Made by a program: the position numbers and the translations under genes
Shown: positions 30,601 to 38,960 of the stretch, in pieces
How the letters are laid out: every line of letters starts with the position of its first letter
Numbering within the stretch: the first letter of the stretch is position 1
DNA from: a virus
IMG/VR virus record: IMGVR_UViG_3300032331_000527
Coordinates: 64,001 to 128,000 of that record
DNA length: 64,000 nt
Direction: 5' to 3' (one strand)
Notes under the pieces: model-generated
Seen by the model: the letters and a program-made list of their open reading frames with translations, nothing else
What the model was told of the DNA's origin: nothing
Databases searched by the model: none

Positions 30601-30694
30601 AGCAATGTCATCTGGAGAAAGACCATGTGCTGGATTTAATCCTATGACTATGGTTGCAGGAGTTGCTCTAGGTAAAGTTCTGAGGTTATTTTAA
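27662..30694 (+). CDS. Tape-measure/gp29-like virion protein with two M15 peptidase domains and one GH73 glucosaminidase-like domain
   Basis: SYHSLGVAID...WGGNW...DAMHF (M15); AQWAIESGWG...NNPFG...YA (GH73); SAYR...SSHGKGQALD...DPPHIQ (M15); Pro/Ala-rich linkers. Confidence 0.75.
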   Translation: MAKDTRIVAGKIQDTIYYYASDGTVVDENGKPAPAKFAVMFPPMPEKVPEAVAETQPKKRRKGLKNVAGKISNSKYYYDPTGAIVDDQGQPAPERIAKMLLKKDETANVIKEHLAKTAKPIKTASSKEINQLRAEIKKMVGATKDVAAAHDVVLKKVPEATKGYQNVFSNLGTQTQMLLDSLIKQNEAFQEKVIETITGVSSPTRAGGAVPSSPKKKGGKVKARTAEHKARIEARAANIGKIRAKKNIGTAAKYGAAGAVAGTAAAVGAYGVMKATGAVSSSTPAAPSAPSTTATGAPPSSTPAQTQSAPVQATGAPQAPSVTATPAPPAPQPNSSVGLGGGPSGQTPEDSPAAEKKDREGGAGGNTPSPPGTPANVSGMMRLTTPGGRPYEVAAPYAANFKGFVDELENSGYKIKSIGGYANRNIAGTGKKSYHSLGVAIDINPGSNPHLFDGRLQTDMPASVGAMAAKYGLGWGGNWRTSKDAMHFSMASGEGGSVPVDRSGATPLPGAPGAPTTTPQAGSPEASRPSASTPSAPGAAPRPVDPGIGSPERSNVPLGSSKVSEGEAGEQPRGKAGFKQIMDSAAKAGDPFPEVVAAQWAIESGWGKHMTGKNNPFGQTGVEGKDPGIRIPTPRDPGGGSKFFRSFESIDEAVAFRVKKWAPKYSGAKSAEEAVMMLQNYGRTPRYAQGYNNDWMSYVTSISGVIRGQGIDPKVAKGPGGGTPGSPQPTQTASGPSGAPGSPQAALPSALPAPGTAPTNATQAAVNANAAAGGDSSKPANVSFESSKVDVSKVDPELMKRFYQAAAAYGGPIRINSAYRDDEYQAQLWVRGNILHEPGIHIPAKPEKTMTINYKGQSYTVPGSGKGSSHGKGQALDVSPTTALDPFLAKFGLVHPFGANDPPHIQLAGGSNYTPPASGTAVAGAPAAPGVTPTSAASGAQIASAANQNAVQQAASPGRIVPMIINNTQRFNNTRTVTQQAMSSGERPCAGFNPMTMVAGVALGKVLRLF

Positions 30695-32799
30695 TGGCGA
30701 TTTCAAATCTAGTTAAGGGCGGACAGAAGTTCGATCGTCCTAGTGTTGGAGCTTACTTTGGTAAGCGTCCAGCTAATGATAATCCGTCAACGAAAGTCTC
30801 TTCGGATATGATAACGCCCGACGTCGTTCGAGAGATGATGGGTGGCGTTAAAGGTCTCATCGGAGAAATGGCTCGTATTAAAACCACTTGCGTTGATATC
30901 TATAAATCGTTTGTTGGTATCATCAGAGATACGAACAGACTCAACGATGATATTACTCGTAGCTTCAAGCTCGTTAATATCGAGCTGAATAAGAGCAGAT
31001 TAGATTTCCTTAAATCAATAGTGCGAGTATCTGGAAATGAAAATGCTGTTCCAGGTGCTAATATGTCTGCCGCTCCTGGTGTTCCTGTCGCTGATCCTAA
31101 GAAACAAGAAAAGAAAACTGAAGACGATCAAAAATCTTGGTTAGACACAGCTTTATCATTTCTTGATATAGCAGATACAGCAAAAACTGCTTGGGATCTT
31201 GCTAAAGGTGGCGGACGATTTCTTGCTCGTGCGGCTTCTGGTCCTATGTTGTTACCGGCAGCAGCTGGCGCAGGTCTAATAGCATTAGCAGCTCATCGTA
31301 AAGCAGCACAAGAAGCAGATCCACTTGGCGCTGAGAATTTTGATAGAGCAACTGCTTCAGGGGCTAAACGAGCAGAAGTCATTCAAGGACCAGAAGCAGA
31401 TAAGAATGCTCCTAATCCAAATACCGACATTAGTCGTAAGAAATTGTCTCCGCCAGATTTCTTGATGCAACAAGGCATTATCAAAATGCCGTCTGAAGCT
31501 AAGAATGTTATCGCGAGTATCAAAGGCGATATCATTACTCTTAAGGATGGAAGATGGTTTGATAACAAAGTCCAGGTTCTCAATTATCCAGATGGACCAG
31601 GTACTCCAGAGAAAGCTCCTAAAGAACAATCTGATTTTCGTAGTAAAGTAAATGAAGCTATGCAAAAACGAGCTGGCATCGTCGATATGTCCGGTATGGT
31701 TAAGTCTGATGAACTCGTTCGTTCATTCGCGGGGCGTATGGGTCTAGATCCTAAGACTGACTATAAAGCTGAATTGCGTGGAGGGATACCAACAAAGATT
31801 AATGGACAGCCTGTTCCTCGTGAGCTATACACCAAAGAACAAGCAGCAACAGTGGACGCTGCTATTCAAATGGGTAAGATGATGACTGGCGATCCAGAAG
31901 CTATGAAACAAGCTCAATCAAATGCGGCTCCTCCTCCACCTCCTGTCGGAGAAAATGCATCAGGCGAAAAAGAACAGCCTAAACCAGGCGGAGATGATGA
32001 AGGCAAATCACCTCCCGCCGCCGCCGCTGCTGCTGGTGGTGGTGGCGGAGATACGGGAGCGAGTCCTCCTCCAGCTGAAGCTCCTGGTGGTGCTCCTAGT
32101 GGAGCAACCGCCCCTGCTGCTCCTGCAGCTCCTGCTGCGGGTGGTGATAATTCGAATGGTTCACCGACTCCTGCTGCGTCTGCTGGCGGTAGCTTAACTG
32201 GCGGAGGCGCAGGCGGCCCAACACAAACAGAAACAACTATGGTTGCTGGTCAGCCTGTTGAAAAAGGAAAAGATTTAACTGAACAACAGACTTCGGCTAT
32301 TGATATGGCTTTAAAGATGAGTCCCGAAAACGCCAAGAATTATCCTAAGTGGCTTATTGATCAGTACAACAAATCTAAAAATGCCAGTAAATCAACTGGA
32401 ACATCTGCGGATGGAACGACAGCTGCTCCCGGTGGTGGAGATGCTTCTTCTAATGCAGAAACGCCTACTATGGGTTCTCCAAGTCAAGCAGCGACCGCAC
32501 CTACTGCAAAGCCAAATGACGATGGTTCTGTTCCTCCAAAGGATGAATCGAAAGGTGGAGCTGGATCTCCTAATGGTGCTCCAGCTGCTGTTCCCGCAGC
32601 GTCAGCTCCTCCTGTACCTGGAGCAACGCCAGCACCAGCAGAACCAAAATCTATCGTGATGAATAATGAATCTACACAGAACAGCTCTTCTTCTGAAGGT
32701 GGAGCGAACAGTAAAGTCGCTGGACAGAACTTGCCTATGATTGCACACAACCAACAGTTGCAGCAGTATCTCGCAAAGCAGAACATAGGATATCAATAA
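30694..32799 (+). CDS. Low-complexity putative tail or ejection protein (second gp29-like ORF)
   Basis: 701 aa; helical N-terminus, one hydrophobic segment, Pro/Ala/Gly-rich tail; translationally coupled to the previous gene. Confidence 0.5.
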   Translation: MAISNLVKGGQKFDRPSVGAYFGKRPANDNPSTKVSSDMITPDVVREMMGGVKGLIGEMARIKTTCVDIYKSFVGIIRDTNRLNDDITRSFKLVNIELNKSRLDFLKSIVRVSGNENAVPGANMSAAPGVPVADPKKQEKKTEDDQKSWLDTALSFLDIADTAKTAWDLAKGGGRFLARAASGPMLLPAAAGAGLIALAAHRKAAQEADPLGAENFDRATASGAKRAEVIQGPEADKNAPNPNTDISRKKLSPPDFLMQQGIIKMPSEAKNVIASIKGDIITLKDGRWFDNKVQVLNYPDGPGTPEKAPKEQSDFRSKVNEAMQKRAGIVDMSGMVKSDELVRSFAGRMGLDPKTDYKAELRGGIPTKINGQPVPRELYTKEQAATVDAAIQMGKMMTGDPEAMKQAQSNAAPPPPPVGENASGEKEQPKPGGDDEGKSPPAAAAAAGGGGGDTGASPPPAEAPGGAPSGATAPAAPAAPAAGGDNSNGSPTPAASAGGSLTGGGAGGPTQTETTMVAGQPVEKGKDLTEQQTSAIDMALKMSPENAKNYPKWLIDQYNKSKNASKSTGTSADGTTAAPGGGDASSNAETPTMGSPSQAATAPTAKPNDDGSVPPKDESKGGAGSPNGAPAAVPAASAPPVPGATPAPAEPKSIVMNNESTQNSSSSEGGANSKVAGQNLPMIAHNQQLQQYLAKQNIGYQ

Positions 32800-32820
32800 A
32801 AAAAGTGGAGCCGAAGCTCC
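32798..32820 (-). terminator. Rho-independent terminator with cUUCGg tetraloop after gp32
   Basis: Minus strand GGAGC-TTCG-GCTCC-AC-TTTTTTT at a convergent gene junction. Confidence 0.85.
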
Positions 32821-32856
32821 CCTAGGTATCGTAGGTGAAAGGAATAAACCCTACGA

Positions 32857-33768
32857 TTATTCGTCATCCTCTGCGAGCTTCGAGAAGAATTCAAGATCGT
32901 CATCATCGACTGCCTTAATCGGCTTCGCAGGCGTTACTTTACCAACTGAAGGTGCAGCCGCGGGACGCGAAACCGGACGGTCAAAAGGGATGTCGTCTTC
33001 CTCCGTCTTGCGACCAGCACCTGTTGGCTCAGACAGAACCTTATCCAGACGCTTCTTGAGATCTTCGTAGCTCTTGAACTTATCTGGAGCAACCAACGCA
33101 GCAAGAGAATGCTCCGTCTTCCAAATAGCTTCCATGTTGTCTTCGTCATCAGACAAAGGAGCTGGCTCTGAGAACTCGCTCTTATCATAATTACGATAGC
33201 CCTCAACCTTACGGATCTTGAGCTTAAAGTCAGCTCCGGCCCAAAGATCGAAAGGATTCACAGGAGTCTCATCCTCGAACTGAGGATTCATCTTCTCATT
33301 AATCTTATCGAAGATCTTCTTACCAAACTTGTAGAGGAATACCTTACCTTCGTTCTCGGGATGAGCAGGATCCTTAACGACGTAGATATTAGCGATGTAA
33401 GTCAAACGACGCTTGCGCTGACGAACAATCTCCTTATCCTTATCGTTACCTGAGTTCCAAAGCTTGGAATTCATTTCGGATACGGGATCAGGATTGCCAA
33501 GAGTAGTGAGGGAGTTCTCGATATACCAACCGCCTGGACCTTGGAAACCATGATTCCAGATACGAACCCACGGGAGTTCTTCACCATTAGGAGCAGGGAG
33601 GAAGCGGATAACAGCATAGCCATTACCAACCTTATCAACTTCAGGCTGCCAGAAACGATCGTCTTCGTTAGAAGCCGTTTCCTTGTTAGCGAGTTTGTTG
33701 ATTTCTTTGGTCAGACGCTCGAGGGAAGAGGTACGCTGACGCTTGAGGGCAGAAAAAGATTCGTTCAT
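32857..33768 (-). CDS. 32: Single-stranded DNA-binding protein gp32
   Basis: GNGYAVIRFLP, GWYIENSLTT, NYDKSEF and an acidic tail; GGAG SD before ATG 33768 (an in-frame GTG lies at 33819). Confidence 0.95.
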   Translation of the reverse strand: MNESFSALKRQRTSSLERLTKEINKLANKETASNEDDRFWQPEVDKVGNGYAVIRFLPAPNGEELPWVRIWNHGFQGPGGWYIENSLTTLGNPDPVSEMNSKLWNSGNDKDKEIVRQRKRRLTYIANIYVVKDPAHPENEGKVFLYKFGKKIFDKINEKMNPQFEDETPVNPFDLWAGADFKLKIRKVEGYRNYDKSEFSEPAPLSDDEDNMEAIWKTEHSLAALVAPDKFKSYEDLKKRLDKVLSEPTGAGRKTEEDDIPFDRPVSRPAAAPSVGKVTPAKPIKAVDDDDLEFFSKLAEDDE

Positions 33769-33825
33769 TTGTATGTCTCCGATGTATGTGTTGTATGGGT
33801 AGTTCTTCGTCTTATCCACTTAATC

Positions 33826-33854
33826 ATAATATAACTTATATAGCATAATGTCAA
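33826..33854 (-). promoter_or_regulatory. sigma70-type promoter for gp32
   Basis: TTGACA-17-TATTAT. Confidence 0.75.
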
Positions 33855-34444
33855 GACGAAAACACATTACGCATAACTTTTTTTATCGTTTCCCGTTCAA
33901 TCCGTACGAACGGACGATACTTACTCAGCTGGCGATATAACTCAGGCCAGATGATTTGGTCGTCTATCAAAGAGTTCCACGTCTCCAACATATCGCCAAC
34001 GAAAATATCAAAGGCAATGATAGTCTCTGCTTTTATTTTTCCGCCAAGATACATTTTCAATAGTGTAGGATGACCAGTCGTAATCGTAATGCATTGTTTC
34101 CAGTCATCCTGCTCTTTTATATATTCTAGATCCTGCTTCAGATTATATGAAAAGGTATCCATTCGACCTTTCCAAGACATATATACTTTCTCTGATTCAG
34201 GACCAGACATTTCACCAACCCAGCGAACGCCAGCCTGTGAAATGAAATTAGCAACAAAGAAATCAGTCAGCTCGTTATCATCGTACTTACGCTCGAGCTT
34301 GCGAAACAGATATTGATCCTTGCGCTTTAGAAAAGACTCATCAGATATCTTGCGAACTTTTCCGCCGTACTTGATGAAGTCGTAGTCGCTAGTGAAATGG
34401 AGCTTGAGTGCTTGATATTTTTGGTAGGCTTTAATTCCTTCCAA
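33851..34444 (-). CDS. 59: Helicase loader gp59
   Basis: YQALKLHFT..YDFIKYGGK, FLKRKD and KYRPF motifs; next to gp32. Confidence 0.9.
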   Translation of the reverse strand: MEGIKAYQKYQALKLHFTSDYDFIKYGGKVRKISDESFLKRKDQYLFRKLERKYDDNELTDFFVANFISQAGVRWVGEMSGPESEKVYMSWKGRMDTFSYNLKQDLEYIKEQDDWKQCITITTGHPTLLKMYLGGKIKAETIIAFDIFVGDMLETWNSLIDDQIIWPELYRQLSKYRPFVRIERETIKKVMRNVFSS

Positions 34445-35423
34445 CGACCCAACCTCTCTGCTTCATCTTTTCGATTCTATGAGGCTTAACAAGCTCCATG
34501 ACACCAGACTGCGCACGGATTTCTTTCTTCATGATAGTTTCATACACATCACGACTGATATAGAGCTTATCATCCCAAGGCGTATACGAAACGCAGCAAT
34601 GTACCATATCAAAGTGCTCAACGAGCTTTTGTCTCGTAGGATATTTGGTCGTGATGAACTGCAACTTAGTGATCGTATCGAACGCAGTATATTCGATGCT
34701 GTCGTTATCCATATAGTTTGAGCTGCCTTCCTTGATGATTTCGCTTGAAGGATTCTTAAACTTGATCTGCTCGATATGCTTATGAAGCATATCCTTAGTT
34801 TTTTTATCGTTGAGAATAAACACGTCGATATCGTGTGGAGTAGCACCGTGAAATAGTGAAGTCCAGCAACCGCCAGCGATAACGATATTCTTGCTGTACA
34901 TAAGCTCGCTAGGAATATACATCCAGTATTTTTGCTTAAGATTTTGCTTAGCAGTAGTGATGATAGCTTGCTCATACGGACCAAACGTCTTATCGCGAGC
35001 TAAGATTTCTTCATCATTCAGCGGAACATAACCGACGTGACCACCATGCCCAACCATAGGAGAATATGTTGTTTGTATAGTTCCTGAACCACCACCCCAA
35101 CCTGCGCCTTGAGCGCCTGGAAAAACTATGCCACCTATCCCAGGATTCGCCGCTTCTCTTATGATATCGCCAAGTTTGTCAATAGGTACTGCCATGATAT
35201 TACTGATAGCCTCTAATATAACATGATGTGGATTTGTTGCATCTTCCAGAGCATATCTAGTTATTCTTTGTGCTGAGTGATTATCTTTATTCAAGATAGT
35301 CAAATCATCAGTCAAAGGACTAGTCATGAACACAATGTTGGGAAGATTAAGACTTCGAATCCACTCGCTGAGTTCGCTCATCGTGGTGTAGCCGTTTTTT
35401 CCGGTAGCGTGTGTTAAAGCCAT
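34431..35423 (-). CDS. Protein with a C-terminal Pol-beta-like nucleotidyltransferase domain
   Basis: IVIAGGC...HDIDVF and FDMVHC motifs resemble CCA/poly(A) polymerase-class NTases. Confidence 0.55.
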   Translation of the reverse strand: MALTHATGKNGYTTMSELSEWIRSLNLPNIVFMTSPLTDDLTILNKDNHSAQRITRYALEDATNPHHVILEAISNIMAVPIDKLGDIIREAANPGIGGIVFPGAQGAGWGGGSGTIQTTYSPMVGHGGHVGYVPLNDEEILARDKTFGPYEQAIITTAKQNLKQKYWMYIPSELMYSKNIVIAGGCWTSLFHGATPHDIDVFILNDKKTKDMLHKHIEQIKFKNPSSEIIKEGSSNYMDNDSIEYTAFDTITKLQFITTKYPTRQKLVEHFDMVHCCVSYTPWDDKLYISRDVYETIMKKEIRAQSGVMELVKPHRIEKMKQRGWVVGRN

Positions 35424-35662
35424 TAGATTGGTAACCGTGATCCAGTACGTTTCAGGAGTTTAAGGTTCATAGCTTCTGACTGAAGCAACTTACGCATTGT
35501 AGGTGTCATTAGCTTGGAGACGTTCTCGAACTCTAAGCCGGTCTTTTCGCAGACATCAGTAATCGCTTCAAGATAGCTCATACCTTTATCTGAAATACGC
35601 TGCTCAACCATAGAGATGAATGTGTTGGAACTCAACACGCTTGCGATTACTGCATCAGTCAC
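35423..35662 (-). CDS. 33: Late transcription co-activator gp33
   Basis: SYLEAI..VCE, EAMNLKLL and terminal LPI. Confidence 0.85.
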   Translation of the reverse strand: MTDAVIASVLSSNTFISMVEQRISDKGMSYLEAITDVCEKTGLEFENVSKLMTPTMRKLLQSEAMNLKLLKRTGSRLPI

Positions 35663-36102
35663 TTATTGAACTCCTCAGATAAACCAATAGCATCAGCAAC
35701 AGCTGTCAGCGTATTGGGATACGCTTTAGGAACAGTGTATGGAAGAGGATGATTTGTTGGACCACCGACACTACGACGAATGATATCTTCGCTGAGTAGC
35801 TCGGGATAGTAGAGTTCTAGCGCAGCGCAATCGTCGACGCAGTTGAACCAATGATATTCGCCAGGACGAACAGTAGTAAAGTCACCTGCTCTGAGCACAG
35901 TGACATCAACCAAGTCGTAGTCATTTTTTCGTACATGGATTTCCAGAGTTCCAGAAATAACGAAGAATCCGTTCCATTTGTGTTCATGCTTATGCTCCGA
36001 ACATTTGTAGCCTGCGTTGACGTTAATCTTATGCAGTTCGACTATAGGATTCTGAATAATTACGCTTGTGTCTCCCCAGACTTTTCCTGTGAAGTTGCCC
36101 AT
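35659..36102 (-). CDS. Cupin-domain protein (sugar-phosphate isomerase-like)
   Basis: GKVWG, SEHKHEHK and PGEYHWF cupin motifs. Confidence 0.7.
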   Translation of the reverse strand: MGNFTGKVWGDTSVIIQNPIVELHKINVNAGYKCSEHKHEHKWNGFFVISGTLEIHVRKNDYDLVDVTVLRAGDFTTVRPGEYHWFNCVDDCAALELYYPELLSEDIIRRSVGGPTNHPLPYTVPKAYPNTLTAVADAIGLSEEFNK

Positions 36103-36941
36103 GATGTACCCTTTCTCATATTTAATGAACGTTTGCTGATATAATCCAACTCTACTAAATCATATACTAATTTCTCGAACGTGTCAAGATAAATCATATT
36201 GGGTCCATCACTTGGCGCTTCAGTCGGATTCTCGTGGACTTCCATGAACACAGCGGAGACGCCAACAGAAACAGCAGCTCTAGCCATAAGAGTAACATAC
36301 TTACGCTCGCCCGATGAACTCGTACCATGAGCGCCAGGAAGTTGAACTGCGTGAGTGCAATCCATAACGACCTGATTGGTGTATTGCTTCATAACATCAA
36401 GGGAACGAAAGTCTACGACGAGATTGTTATAGCCAAATGTTGTGCCTCGCTCTGTGAACATATACTTTTCACAACCAAACTTCCGAAGCTTCTCGGCTAC
36501 ATTCCGCATCTCCCACGGAGACATGAACTGTCCTTTCTTCACGTTGACTGGCTTACCACTTTCCGCAGCCGCGCGAAGAAGATCAGTCTGACGACAAAGG
36601 AACGCAGGAATCTGAATGATATCAGCATTAACTGCATCACAGTGCCAAGGTTCGTGAACGTCCGTGAGAACCTCGATTCCTCGAGCACGGACGGCCTCCA
36701 TTCCGTAAAACGCCTCGTCGAAGCCGCTACCTCTTTTACTATCTGCGGAACTTCGATTCGCTTTATCGAAAGAGGTCTTATAGATGAAATTGATCTCTCT
36801 GTCGAATGCTTGACCTACTGCTTTGCAATCGGCTTGCAAATGTTCAGCCATCATAACTGCATGTTCCGTATTCTCAAATAGACACGGTCCAGCAATGATA
36901 CTTAGTGGTTTGTCGTTATGACAATTATCATAGAAGCTCAT
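36060..36941 (-). CDS. kdsA: KDO-8-phosphate synthase
   Basis: IAGPC, KTSFDKANRSS, QIPAFLCRQTDLL, KKGQF, ERGTTFGYNNLVVD and SDGPN motifs. Confidence 0.93.
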   Translation of the reverse strand: MSFYDNCHNDKPLSIIAGPCLFENTEHAVMMAEHLQADCKAVGQAFDREINFIYKTSFDKANRSSADSKRGSGFDEAFYGMEAVRARGIEVLTDVHEPWHCDAVNADIIQIPAFLCRQTDLLRAAAESGKPVNVKKGQFMSPWEMRNVAEKLRKFGCEKYMFTERGTTFGYNNLVVDFRSLDVMKQYTNQVVMDCTHAVQLPGAHGTSSSGERKYVTLMARAAVSVGVSAVFMEVHENPTEAPSDGPNMIYLDTFEKLVYDLVELDYISKRSLNMRKGTSWATSQEKSGETQA

Positions 36942-36943
36942 TT

Positions 36944-37615
36944 TTAATCCCACAATGCGCGATAGTATTTACCGAAAAGAATGAATCCATTTGCTTTACG
37001 CTTGTCGAACTTAGCATTCTCTTCGTGATACACTTTCCAAGCCTCAACATTTTCTGGTGAATCGTCGAATGGAATTGCATCCATTATCCGACGAGTATAC
37101 GCACTAGGACTATCAGGAGCATCAGGATCTTCGTTTGCTTCCTGATTGAAAGTCCAAATCAATTCATCCAAAATCCAATCCCAACGAGCTTCGTGTAAGC
37201 TATCTACACCGCCGTATTTCTTGTCTTCTTCAGTTAGAGGCGGAGCAGAAGTCGAACGCAAATGCTCGGGAACGTCTTCGTCATCTACGAAGGGAGAACC
37301 GTGCTTAGTAGCTTTCAGTTGGATAAGCATAGGATGAATGATAATCGAAAGTGTATGATCCATTGACCACGTGTCGTAATTATCGAGCTTCACTTTGACA
37401 GTGCGCTTGCGCTTATCGTGTATCCAGTTGCAGAATTTGTGAACCCACGTTTCTGAGAGCCAGTCGCTGAACTTTTCTTTTGCTTTATAATCCCAACGCT
37501 CGTATCGAGGATCGTCATCATTCATGATGCCGTTGCGCTTAATCCAAAAGAATAGGATATCAGCGATTTGATATGCGCCGTACCAGGTCAGATAGGGTCC
37601 AATGTTTACTTTCAT
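36944..37615 (-). CDS. Conserved T4-like phage hypothetical protein
   Basis: DTWSMDHTL, VDDEDVPE and LFGKYYRALWD; 223 aa. Confidence 0.65.
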   Translation of the reverse strand: MKVNIGPYLTWYGAYQIADILFFWIKRNGIMNDDDPRYERWDYKAKEKFSDWLSETWVHKFCNWIHDKRKRTVKVKLDNYDTWSMDHTLSIIIHPMLIQLKATKHGSPFVDDEDVPEHLRSTSAPPLTEEDKKYGGVDSLHEARWDWILDELIWTFNQEANEDPDAPDSPSAYTRRIMDAIPFDDSPENVEAWKVYHEENAKFDKRKANGFILFGKYYRALWD

Positions 37616-37618
37616 GTG

Positions 37619-37834
37619 TCACCAGTTCTCGTAATCTGTGATGTCTTTCCAGAGGCCTTCGCCTTCCGCAGTTTCAATCTCTGCGCGAAGACAGAAACCA
37701 ATACCTGTGCTTCCGCCGATAAGAGTAATCTTGTGAGGCTGAGGATCCATAGGCTTGATCCACTCAGTCAAAGACTCTAACTCTTTAGGGCTAATCATTA
37801 GTTGATACTTACGTTCCACGCGATCCTCATCCAT
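37619..37834 (-). CDS. Hypothetical protein
   Basis: Tightly packed ORF ending TGIG...DITDYENW. Confidence 0.55.
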   Translation of the reverse strand: MDEDRVERKYQLMISPKELESLTEWIKPMDPQPHKITLIGGSTGIGFCLRAEIETAEGEGLWKDITDYENW

Positions 37835-37835
37835 A

Positions 37836-38051
37836 TTATTTAATTCCAAAGTGATCTTTAATTTGTTTAGCAATCCAAGGAGCCTGTGGCGCTGGTTCTA
37901 AACCAGTATCATATTCTATCATACAAATTTCAGCACATTCACGCACGATCAACTCAGCAAACTTTACTGATTGTCTAGTCGGCATATCACAACCGCAACT
38001 ACACATTTCTAATCCAGCCTGTACAGCAAGTTCTTTGATTCGCTCTTCCAT
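37836..38051 (-). CDS. Small hypothetical protein (ERIKELA...FAELIVREC...IKDHFG family)
   Basis: GGAG SD; paralogous to 46283-46588. Confidence 0.6.
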   Translation of the reverse strand: MEERIKELAVQAGLEMCSCGCDMPTRQSVKFAELIVRECAEICMIEYDTGLEPAPQAPWIAKQIKDHFGIK

Positions 38052-38066
38052 AACATGCTCCAAAGT

Positions 38067-38142
38067 TGGCTCGGGGTGATGGGCTCGAACCACCAACACA
38101 CAGATTCAAAGTCTGTAGTTCTACCAATTGAACTAACCCCGA
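38067..38142 (-). tRNA. tRNA-Gln(UUG)
   Basis: 76-nt cloverleaf: acceptor TCGGGGT/ACCCCGA, anticodon arm ACAGA-CT TTG AA-TCTGT, GGTTCGA T-loop and encoded CCA. Confidence 0.95.
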
Positions 38143-38146
38143 ATAA

Positions 38147-38389
38147 TCACTTAGTTTCTGTCAAGAGTTCCGCAGAGCCAGGAACTTGAGAAGGACGACG
38201 ATACTGCTCACTTGGATTATCTGAATCAACGAACTTCATAAGCTCTTGAGCCTTTGAAACGATATCTGTAGTCGTAGGAAACGGAATTTGCGATCCAGTC
38301 TTCTCAGCCGAGAAAAGGAATTCCTGATCGCACATTACTTGAGCCATCTGGAGAACCTGAAGTCGGATTTCTTTATCAGTCGTTATCAT
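38147..38389 (-). CDS. Conserved small phage protein
   Basis: EIRLQVLQMA...FPTTTDIVSKAQELMKFV; GGAG SD. Confidence 0.6.
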   Translation of the reverse strand: MITTDKEIRLQVLQMAQVMCDQEFLFSAEKTGSQIPFPTTTDIVSKAQELMKFVDSDNPSEQYRRPSQVPGSAELLTETK

Positions 38390-38408
38390 ATAATAAGCTC
38401 CGTGCTTG

Positions 38409-38942
38409 TTATGGATTAGTAGGAGATTTGGGTACATCGAATACGAACGTAATACGTTCAACTTCCGAAATGTTTTTCGCAGAGTGCATCTTTTTGTTAT
38501 CGAACCAAAAGAACGTTCCTGGACTAATTATATGTTCTTCACCGTCTACTTCATACAGATACTCTCCTTGGAGAGCAAAATGATATCTGTCACGCGAAAG
38601 ATAATACGTTCCGTCATCAATATGTCGTCCCATACTTCCACCGACCTGAAGTCGAAAGAACGCTGCGCGAGAAGTTTGCTCGATGTTCCAAGATCTCAAC
38701 CATTCGTGAATCTCGGTATACTTATCAAACAAAGGAGTGTTTTGCTGCTGTTCACAATTCTTGGGATTAATACGCTTCGACGGTACAACAGCCATAACGA
38801 GTGGAAGAAATCCATATGGATCCAGATCGCCAGCGATATTATCGTAAGTAGAAACAGCTTTCCAGTCGCCAGGATTATCTAATACCTGTTGAAGCACAGG
38901 CTGATATAATTCTTCGTAACTGATAAATCTAAAATTGGTCAT
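38409..38942 (-). CDS. Aspartyl/asparaginyl beta-hydroxylase-like 2OG-Fe(II) oxygenase
   Basis: HID (HxD), RYH, WFDNKKMHSAKN and RITFVFD motifs. Confidence 0.75.
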   Translation of the reverse strand: MTNFRFISYEELYQPVLQQVLDNPGDWKAVSTYDNIAGDLDPYGFLPLVMAVVPSKRINPKNCEQQQNTPLFDKYTEIHEWLRSWNIEQTSRAAFFRLQVGGSMGRHIDDGTYYLSRDRYHFALQGEYLYEVDGEEHIISPGTFFWFDNKKMHSAKNISEVERITFVFDVPKSPTNP

Positions 38943-38960
38943 AATCAATCCTGTGTGAAA

